A DNA stretch of 64,000 bases from Octopus vulgaris (taxonomy: Eukaryota), in assembly GCA_951406725.2 (NCBI GenBank), contig OX597815.1, positions 34,720,001 through 34,784,000 of the forward strand. The letters run 5' to 3'. Each line of letters begins with the position of its first letter. The stretch's first letter is position 1. Made by a program: the position numbers and the translations under genes. Below, one piece after another: positions 53,824 through 64,000 of this stretch. The notes under the pieces are model-generated. The model saw nothing but the letters and a program-made list of their open reading frames with translations, was not told the origin of the DNA and did not search any database.

Positions 53824-55003
53824 ATTATGTATAAATGTGTGTGTGTGTGTATGTATATATATCTATATATATATATGTGTATGTATGTATACATATATAT
53901 ATATATATATTGATAATGTTTTCTGTCAGTATCATTCATCATGCTTATAATAATAATAATAATAATATATAAATATATATATTAAGGCTACTGCTGCTGT
54001 TGTTGCTGTTGTTGTTGTTTTTCTTTTTTCTGTTATTGTTAAAATCAACTTCTTTATTCACATTTTATCTATTGTCACTATCATGACTACTTATTTCCCA
54101 GCTTCCATCATTTGGACATCTGTATACATATTCACATACCCATGTGTGTGTGTGTACGTATATATATGTGTATGTATGTGTGTGTGTATATTAAATAATC
54201 TTCAGGCTGATACTTATACTAATTTTAATATTGTTATTTAGTATATAAATCTGTCAAATTGTATTTTTTATTATTTTTTTATATAAAATATATTTCTTTA
54301 CTATTATCATTTTTCAGTATGTTGCCCATGTGTCTTGTAAGATAAAAAAACAAATGTTTATTGTATAGTATATTTAGTTTCTTCTATTATTCTTATTCTC
54401 TTATCTCCACCTACACAGACATACTTTTCAATCTAGATGACATTTTGTCTACATCAGTATTTAGTCCTCTTATAGCTGTTGCACTGCATGAGCTGAGCAT
54501 ACAACAGTTAAAGTAACTGTAGGACTGATAAAAGGTCAGATGGTCAAACCATGGAATTAATTCCAACTTCCCGCCCACTATTATATTTCAGTGATCGGAA
54601 GGGTTTCCAGCTGGGAAATTCCATTGTTTTCCCCAATTGATGGAAGTGATGCCTAGAGAGGCATTAATTTTGGAAACTGGTTTAAGATGTTGATACTTGT
54701 AACTATCTCTCATGCACATACACAGAGCTATTGTTCTCCCTCATGTGTCCGCTGTAGCTGAATTAGTATAAAGGTGTGTAAATTAATATAAACGAAATAT
54801 ATTATTTCATCAACCCTATCTAAGCTTAACAGTTATCATGAAATATCTTAATTAATATTGATAGTTCAATAGATGCAACATATTCATTTGGTTAAATTCT
54901 AAATTGATCTGAGTAACAGAATTACATGCCAGGAAGAAATACTGCTTTTCCCAAGCAAAAGGAGCAAGATTTGATATTTTACCAAAGAGTTTACACTTTT
55001 GCC

Positions 55004-55053
<50 letters not shown>

Positions 55054-57265
55054 TTTTCCTTGGTGTTGAGCATAAGAAAGATGATTCTTCATTCTCTAGA
55101 CAACAATGCCAAACAGATTTGGTATATATTCTTGGGAACCAAGCTAACTAATCTTATTAAGAAAAGTATTTTCATGCTCTGTTGCCACACCGTTTTGATT
55201 TCTATTACTTACAGATTGGTCAGGAACATCTAACATACTGCCATTATACAACATTTGTGTGTGTATGTGTGTGTGTTGCTCATCCCTCTTCTTCACGTTT
55301 CTTACCCAAAAGCAATTGAATCCAAAAGTTGAAGATCCTTCACTTAACCTGCTCGAAGTAGCAACCAAATTTCCCTTAAATCACATCTTTGAAAAAAAGG
55401 AGTATATATACATATATAGTGATAGTGTGTTCTTAAATGCCTGCTCAGCATTGACCTGGGTTTAACAAACACATCAAGTGAATATAGTCCATGCTTCTAT
55501 GAACCAATAGTTATAACAGTTATATGAAGCTGTTACTTTTAATCAACACTAACTTACTTATAAATCTGGCCTTAGAGACTGAAACGTCATCTGTTTAAAT
55601 AATCTACATTCATGTTCTCATTTTTGCTTCCATTTGCTTTTCCTTTTTTACATTTTTGTACTTGTTTCTGAGTATCGTTTTTTTTTTTTTTAATTTTTAT
55701 TTGTTTGTCATTATTATTATCATTATTTTTCTTTCTCTGCCATTGTTAATTTATCAAAAATATCCTGAGTTGATTCTTCTATTGTGGTATCAAATTGGAC
55801 CTATTTTTGTTTTATAGTAAATTATCAGTATCATTATCATCATCATCACCATCACTACTGCCACTATCACCGCCACCATCATTGCCACTGCCACATTTTT
55901 TTTGTTTTTTTGGGAGGGTTTTTTTTTTTTTTTTTTTTTGATATCCTGCATGAGTTGACTTTAACCTTTAATGATAAAAATAAGTTATTAGTTACTGGGT
56001 TGATTAAAGAAACGACATGCCTCTTCCCTTAGAATTCATGGCCTTGTGACAATATTAGAAATCACTGGTATTATTGTCATTGAAGCAGATGCTTAAGTTC
56101 TTCTATCAGTTCTCAGTGAACTGACTTAGTTTCAGATCACACTTGGAATCATGTTACAACCTTGTCCTCTCCCATTTACTTGATATCTCAAGCTTCCTCT
56201 GTGTGTGTGTGTGTAATGGTTTAGCACAACTAAACCCATTCCAGTATTTAGTTTGTAACCCTCTCTGTTTGAAAGTTGAAGTCCTACCTGGGTCAGCTTT
56301 GCCTTACAGCCTTCTAGTGCCCAGTAAATATACTAAAGAAAATTTTGTCAACTGCTCCTTTGCTCTTACAGAATTGGCCTTGTGTCTCATCAATAAGTAC
56401 CAGTAAAGTATTGGAGTTGATTTCATTAGCTTTACCTCACTCTTATACAAATTGCATGGTCTTATACCAGCACAAACAAAATATCCTATAGTATTTGTTA
56501 CGGTTCTTTACATTCTAAGTTCAAATTTTGTTAAGGTCAATTTTTGCCTTTTCATCCCTCCTTGGTTAATAAAATACTGGGGTCCATTCAATCAACTGAC
56601 TCTCTCTGTGAAAATTCTGGCCTTTGAAACAGTTATCATTATTGTTAATACATATGGAGCAAATATAATATATACTGTAGTGCTTAGTAACAATATTTTT
56701 TCCGGAGCTATGTTGATTACGCGTCAGGATGAATTTGTGGTGGGGGGGCACACATGTTAATTGGTTCCTAATTTATTTGGGTGAAGTACTTCATTGATTA
56801 AAAAATTTTTTTTTTAAATGAGGCTTTACTGAGCTGTCCTACCACCCCTGCTGATTGATATGATTCAGGATTACTAGAAGCACCATCAATCATCATCATC
56901 ATCATCACCTTTATTTTCATCATGCTTGCTATATCTACTTCTTTAAAATCTGTTATTTTATAATATGCAATTCACTTTTAAAAAAGAAAAATTGAGTTTT
57001 TTTTTTTTTAACTTTCTGTACACATTTTGATTTGGAATGTGCAAAATTCATTTAAATACATTTCAGTTAATTTCATTAAAAATATCATCTTAGTAGACAT
57101 AGATGACCAAAATGCCTTGCAGTATTTTTGTTGTATCCCCTTTACATTCTGAGAACAAATACCACAGAGGTCGACATTGCCTTTTATCATTCAAGGGATC
57201 AGTTTAATCTGCTGTTCCCCTCCCCTAAACTTTTGGACTTGCCTCTGTTAGAAATTATTGTTACC

Positions 57266-57318
<53 letters not shown>

Positions 57319-58039
57319 CATAAGGGACAGCCTACTAGCAGAATTACAAGAGGGACTAAATAAAATGTCTATCAATGGTATTTTATTTCTTCTCTCTTTA
57401 AGGTTCCAAATTTTAAATATAACCCTCTCTCCATCCCCCCCCCCCCAGTATCAATAAAATCAACTAACAATAGTGCCCCACCATTGATACAGTTAACTCT
57501 TCACCCCCACCCCACCCATCATTCCCTCCTTCCATTCTCTTCTCATACTAGTGTGCTAGGGTAGGCTTTGGGTGAGGGTGGGTGGCCTCCTGACTAAGAC
57601 AAATTGTATTTTTATTTTATATTTTATGTTTTTTATATGTTTTTGTTTTTTTTTTAAAGTACGAATGAATGATTTTATTGGTTATAAAAATTGTGATAGC
57701 ATCTTTTTATTATATTCTTGCCTATTTTTAAGAAAATAAATAGAAAAAAAAATAAAACAAACATGTTTAAAAAATTAAAAAATACTTTGTTTCTTATGTT
57801 GTATTTGGTTTAATAATAGGAAAGCTTGTTTTTTGTTGTGATTTTTTTTTGTTTCTCTTTTTTTTTTTTCTTTTATTGAAAAATGAGAATCTTACATAAA
57901 TTCTGCAATTTCTACATTGCTTTCATGAACCAAGAAAACTCAAGTCTTCTTCCTTCCCCAACCTCTATGATTTGAAAAATTTTCTTCATTGAAAATATAT
58001 CATGAGGTTTCTGTAACTGATTTTATTATTAATTATTAA

Positions 58040-59030
58040 TGTGCTGGAAGAATTATTAGAGCTTCAGAAAGAAAACTTTGCCATATTTCTTCTTGCTCTT
58101 TACATTTCGAGTTCAAATCCTGCCGAAATCATCTTTACTTTTCATCCTTCTAGAATCAATGAAATAATGTACTGGTCAAATATTGGGCCTAATGGAATTG
58201 ACTGACTCCCACCTCTAAAAATTGTTGGCCTTGAGCCTATATCAAGAAGTATAATTGTAATTATTATTAGGGTATGAAGGTGGCAGGCTGGTAGAATCAC
58301 TAGTACACCTGACACAATGCTTAGCGGCATTTCTTCCAGCTTACGTTCTAAGTTTAAATACTGCTGACATCAACTTACCTTTTGTCCTTTTAGGGTCAAG
58401 AAAATAAATACTAGTTTAGAGCTGTGGTTGATGTAATTGACAAGCCTCTCCTCAAAACTCTAGGCCTTGTGCCTATAATAGGAAGGATTGTTACTAGGGT
58501 AGTGGATTGGTAGAGTCATTGGGGTATCAGAAAAGTAAACCGCTTTTCAATATTTGTTCTGGCTCTTTACATTCTGAATTTATAAAATGAAAATAAAATA
58601 ATACCAGTCCAGTACTGGGATTAATATTGACTAAAATTGCTGGCCTTGTGCCTAAATTAGAAATTATTAGGGTTTGGATGGTAGAATCTGTTGAGCACCA
58701 GACAAAATACTTTGTGATGTTTTTTAGTTTGTTGAGAGTTATTTGCCCCTTTACATTTGTGGCCTTGTGCTACTGCTAGAAATCGTTATTACTTTTACAA
58801 GACTAAGCAAACTGATAAAATATTGGACTGCATGCATTATAGTATTAACTCTTCTCTATCTACTTTCTGAATCCAGATCTTGCCAAGGTCAATTTTACCT
58901 TTGAATACCATTGAATGCTAATAAAACGAGTGCCATTTAGTTGCTGGGGACTGACTCAAATGGTTGCCCTGTTTCCCTATAAATATTAGTTTTGAGCTTA
59001 AACTAAGAAACCATATTAATTATTTAACTA
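58040..59030 (+). mobile_element. Head-to-tail array of 4-5 degenerate SINE family B units
   Basis: Recurring head (TGG.AGA.TC), TTACATTCTGA/GTTCAAAT and tail GGCCTTG.GC.TA..AGAA..ATTATT; units start near 58040, 58270, 58497, 58669 and 58800. More fragments lie at about 55950-57260. Confidence 0.65.
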
Positions 59031-60645
59031 TATTGACTATAATTATCATTTGTTATGTAGGTACTCATGTTCTTGAAACAGAATGAGTGGGAAAAAAAAT
59101 GTCTCTGATTTTAATATGCAAAAAAAAAAAAAAAATCACGAATTTAAAGAATTCTGTGGGATTCTAAGGATTAACTGCCAAATTTGTGTAGCAGTGGTGA
59201 ATGGAGAAGGACATTTTGGTCTAGGTTTTTGTTTTGTGAGATGTGAATATTTAAGTATCGACTCTGGATATATAATGGGAAAATTCTGATACATGAGAGG
59301 TGGACAACTTATTTAATTATTTGAAGTGGGTTTGTATGTGGGGAGAACTTTAAACCATTTTGCCAAAGAGAACTTCACACCTATTTTGATTTTCATTTTG
59401 TAGTGTCTTTGAAGGAGGGATTGCTTCTAATTGTATTTATCCCCAATATTATTTATATCAAGTGTTCAATAATTTAGTCTCTTCTTACCATATATCATCG
59501 CTGCTGCTATTGTTCACATTTCATGACTTTTCGGTCAAACTAACCCGAGCTTTGCTTCACAAGGAACTTCATTAGAACCATAAAAATGTGAGTGATTTTC
59601 TGTATCTGTTAGGTACATGAGACCACCCGGAATGTGCTCAAACTGTCTCAGTTAAGTTCTTTTTTTGTTACTCAAGTGGTGATTAAATTATTATCATTGT
59701 TTTAAGTTATTAGGTTTTTTTCCTCTTCAAATCATCGATCTCATCTCTTATAACACTGCCCCCCCCCAACACACACACACTTTTTTTTTACTTGGGGTCA
59801 TTTTCAAATATTAGGGCTCACTAATTGGGTTGGGATATTTTCTCTTTTTAACATTAAATGCTCAGCATGGAATCCATAAGATTCTATTAAATACATATTT
59901 ATGTTGTGCAGGAAATATGTTTTGGTGTACTGTATGTGCTTGTTGTTGAGTTAATATATTTTGTGTTTGTTGGAATTTGACATCCATTTGCATGGAACTT
60001 TTTCTCTTTTATATTTATTGTTCTTCCTAGTCTGAAATGTTGGAAGAGAGGATTTCTATAGAAATTGTTATTCCTATTTCCAAAGCATTGGGTAGTGAAC
60101 ATAACTGAAATAGCTAAACATTGACCCATTAAGGCTTGTTCTTAGCTCTATGTCCAAATCTTTTCCAGGGTCAACTTTATCTATCCAAGGATTAATAAAA
60201 AAAATATGCTAGTTATACTTAAATTAGACCAGTATATTTTATACTATAACATCTCTCTCTCTCTATTTATTGCACTTATGGACATTTGTACAACTGTGTG
60301 TCCAAGTTATATTTTCTACTTCTAGCCAATATAGTGTTCATTAATTATTCCTCCAAAGGCACTAGAAAACTTGACTAGTTATAAGCAACAAAGCACCATA
60401 GGACTTATCACAAATTTTGTGCTTATCTCTGGTTATTGGAACTTTAAACAGAAAGATGAAAGATATATTTCTCTCTGGACTAGAATACTACTCCCCAAAT
60501 GATCTGATTGGTCGGTTCATAGTCAATCAAACAAAAGCTGATAGACAATGTGCCTTTCCTCTTACAAAAAAACAAGCTCAACATGGCATCCAACCTAAAT
60601 GTTTAAGTTGTTGCTGCTCTGATGAGTTCAGTACTGCAATTTGAA

Positions 60646-60790
60646 GGTGCATGGCATAGTTGGTTATGGTGTTGGACTCAGGATTGTAAAGTTGTGGTTT
60701 CAATTCCTAGACCAGGAGATGCATTGTTCTCTTGAGCAAAACACTTCATTTCACATTATTCTAGTTCATTTAGCTTGCACAGATGACTAA
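60646..60790 (+). mobile_element. Degenerate tRNA-derived CORE-like SINE (family D)
   Basis: GGTGCATGGCATAGTTGGTTA A-box, GTTTCAATTCC B-box, then CTTGAGCAAAACACTT. Confidence 0.6.
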
Positions 60791-63623
60791 TATTGGGGAC
60801 TGAAGGAAAGTCACCCAAATGGAGGTCTCTCAAGGTATGTTTTGTATCCACTGATCGAAAAGATGAATAGTACAATCAAATTAAACATCAGGGTTGAGGT
60901 GGAAGTCGGTCATACTGCAAATCTTGACTGGTTGGGATTGGTTGATCAATCATGCTGAAGGATGAAGATGGTGAACCAAAGCTGTAGAAATGGCTTCAAC
61001 TCAAATTGACTTGAACTTTGAAACTTGTGGTGAGAACTTGGTCATGAGGACTGTGTCTCAAGCAAGTCTGGAAGAGTGATTTGTATTCCATTTGGAATAT
61101 GGTTCCCTACACTGTAGTATTGGAACCTTTGCCTCATATTGTATTGTTAGGTCTTTTCATAAACAGAATAACAATGTATTTACACTTTGGCTCTTCATTT
61201 ACTTGATGAACCCTTGTAATTATTCAAACCTTGCTTTCTGCCATTTTCTGCATATATCTGTCTCTCTTCTTTCTCTGTCCAGATTCTTCATAGATTATAA
61301 GAGAGTCTGTATTATTTTATAAACAAAGATAGTTCCTGAGCCATTTCTTAAATCCTGGACCTCATAATGTGCTGTTGATATTTAGTTCATTCAGTTATTC
61401 CAGTGTATTCAACATGACCTAATTCTTGATAAAATACACAAAATTTAATTAAAAATGTGTAATTTTCTCCTCAGGAAATTGTATAGGTTACAGTATGGAA
61501 AGGTGGAGGATGACGGCAGAATGAAATGTTTTACAGTAAATCAATGTACACTACGAAGTACTTAGTGTACGTAGATCTTTCTGTCAGCATGTGTGTGTGT
61601 GTTTAAAAATATTGAAATTAAATCTAGTTCATTTTCTCTTCACGATTTCATTTTCCCCCCCACTTCTTTTTTTTATGAGGGGGGGGGGGGCAGAGTTAGG
61701 GTGTATGGCTGGGGTGTTCAAATCTCTTCATATCAACTCTCATTCCACCCATTCTATGTATATTTTACATGTGTGTGTATATATTGATGAAAACATTTTT
61801 AAAAAAAAATATTGTTATTTAATATATTTGTAGGCAGGTTAAATATTGCTTATTGCAGTTCTGTTAATTCACTTCGATCTCTTTTCAAAAGTGAAGAAAT
61901 TGTGAAAATCAAGAATGCTATGGGGTTTGAGGGTGGTGGTGCAGTGGTTGTTGGGTGTGTGAGAACTGAATGTGATGTGATTTAGGGATGAGTGAGTGAT
62001 TTTTTAAAAGGAATGTGACAGATTTGCGAATCAAAGTAATTGTTAGATGAATGGCATTTCTCTCCATTGCTTTTCAACAGTGCCGTTCTTTCTAGATTTA
62101 GTTAAATGAGTATGTTGTAAAATATACAATGATATATCAGTAGTAGTAGTAGTAGTAGTTGTAGTAGTAGTAGTAACAGTAGTCATGGATACTGGATGTT
62201 TCTGTAAGATAGGAGTATGGTCTTGGTAAAACTACCTCTTAGATGATATTACTACTAGATGTCTACCTCTCCTGTAACCCATAGAGTATGGGGGTAGGGG
62301 CTTAAATTTTGCAAACTGAAAAAAGAGCACACAAAACAAGAATTTGTCAAGCGTAGTGCTGCTGCTTACAAGTAGCAATATACTATAATTGATCATCAGG
62401 AAATCTATGGAGAGTTGATGTGAACCTGCAAAAATTAAGGTATTTTTGCCAGGGACACAACAATATGACAACAGCCAATAGGATACGAGTCTCTTTGTCA
62501 AATAATCCAGCACCATGTCATGTAGACATAGAATATATGCCCTTAAAAAAGCAAAACAAACAAAAAAAAAATTTCTATTTAATCTGTTACTATTTGTTGT
62601 TTATCTTGATCATTACTAGAGTAGAGTTTTTGAAACCATATTTGTCATGAAGAAGATATACAGCAATTGTACATTACTATGTAATAAGGTGATCTATTCA
62701 AATAAAATAGGGGCCTACAGAATGGAGATATTTCCAGCAGAGATATTTTTCTATATTATTACTCATTCATATCTAATGCATCATTCGTTGCTATATTGTG
62801 TTGTCAAAATGTTATCCAATGTGCAATGCTTCTTAAGATTATAAGTAAAACCCAGATTACTCTTGGAATGCTGATGGAAAAGCTTCGTGTGTGTGGCTAT
62901 GCACTATGTTACATATGCACTCATTATTTCTATATTTATAGCAAAACAAAAATATAAATATTAAAAAAACAAGAAGAGACTGAAGTTTTTTTGTTTTTTT
63001 TTTTGAATACCTCAACAACCAAGTATGCTTCCCCAAACATCTATGATGTAAATAAATATATCGTGTAATGTGAATATTTTTCTTTACAATCTTAAACTGA
63101 TCTCAGTCTTGCAATGTTTCCTTCATGCTTTTTCAGTGTTATATCATGTTTCTATAAATGTTATTTCAAAATTTTTACGCATAAATTATTGTGTGCATGT
63201 TGGTATTTTTGCATTATTTAAGAAAAAAAGATAAAAAAAACCCCACAAAAACAAAGACATATATGAATTAAAAAATTTTACGTATTTTGTTAAAATGCAT
63301 TAGACAAAAATTTTAAAACACAATAATGAAAATATAGTTATCAGTTCAGTTTATAATTATGGAAGAAACATAATATGCCTTGCCATCACTGTAGAGCCAA
63401 ATGCTTATTTATTATGTTATATAAGAAAAAATATGTGAATGGGTCTGTTTATAAAGAAAAATGCCAAATGTAGCCCCAGATGCTATAAAGGATCTTTGTT
63501 TTCTTATTTTCACATGTATACGATATCATGATTTATTGAAAAATACCAACAAACAGCATCTGAAAATTGTTACTTTAGCTCAATAGAGTTAACAACACAG
63601 TTCAGTAAATGTATACATATATA

Positions 63624-63654
<31 letters not shown>

Positions 63655-63662
63655 GTATATGT

Positions 63663-63705
<43 letters not shown>

Positions 63706-64000
63706 TATGTATATTACATGTATGTGTGTATGTATTGGAAAAGAAGTGCTTGGTTGAGATAAACTAAAGAACTCAATGCTTCAAAAGTAGAATCTTTGAT
63801 ATTTATGAGGAACTTTATTACGAACGAAAGAATTAAACTTATTCCTAAGTAAATATATATACTCAAAATGTATGTATGTATAGAGATACCTACAATAACT
63901 GATAGCTAAGAAACTATAGGCAGCTAAGACACAAAATGTGTGTGAGCGTGAAAGAAATATGTGTACATATACATATATTCATACATACATATATACATAT

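Noticed and set aside
50728-60625. Other CTGANGA motifs (e.g. 50728, 60619) as hammerheads
   Set aside because: No stem II closing onto GAAA and no matching stems I/III were found by eye.
61546-61570. 8-bp inverted repeat GTACACTA/TAGTGTAC
   Set aside because: Too short to distinguish from chance.
1-64000. Prokaryotic systems (CRISPR arrays, operons, defence genes)
   Set aside because: The sequence is eukaryotic; no regularly spaced repeat-spacer array or bacterial-like ORFs were seen.

Overview
AT-rich, microsatellite- and transposon-dense animal genomic DNA; the repeat families suggest an octopod cephalopod (inference). One protein-coding gene is supported: a brat/ncl-1-type TRIM-NHL gene on the + strand with two coding exons (32309-33048 and 39693-41226, phase-matched GT-AG intron, 757 aa). 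It encodes RING, two B-boxes, a coiled coil and NHL repeats; at least one upstream exon could not be located, and the 3' UTR is probably long. The rest is tRNA-derived SINEs, RTE and CR1/Jockey-like LINE remnants, a mariner remnant, piggyBac- and hAT-type MITEs and simple repeats. The most striking feature is in the brat intron just upstream of the acceptor: a 206-bp-arm, about 98% perfect inverted repeat (38981-39402). Each arm carries a complete minimal type I hammerhead ribozyme motif typical of Penelope-like elements, so the pre-mRNA has a sense ribozyme that its own upstream antisense copy could lock in a long dsRNA. Boundaries of degenerate repeats are approximate.
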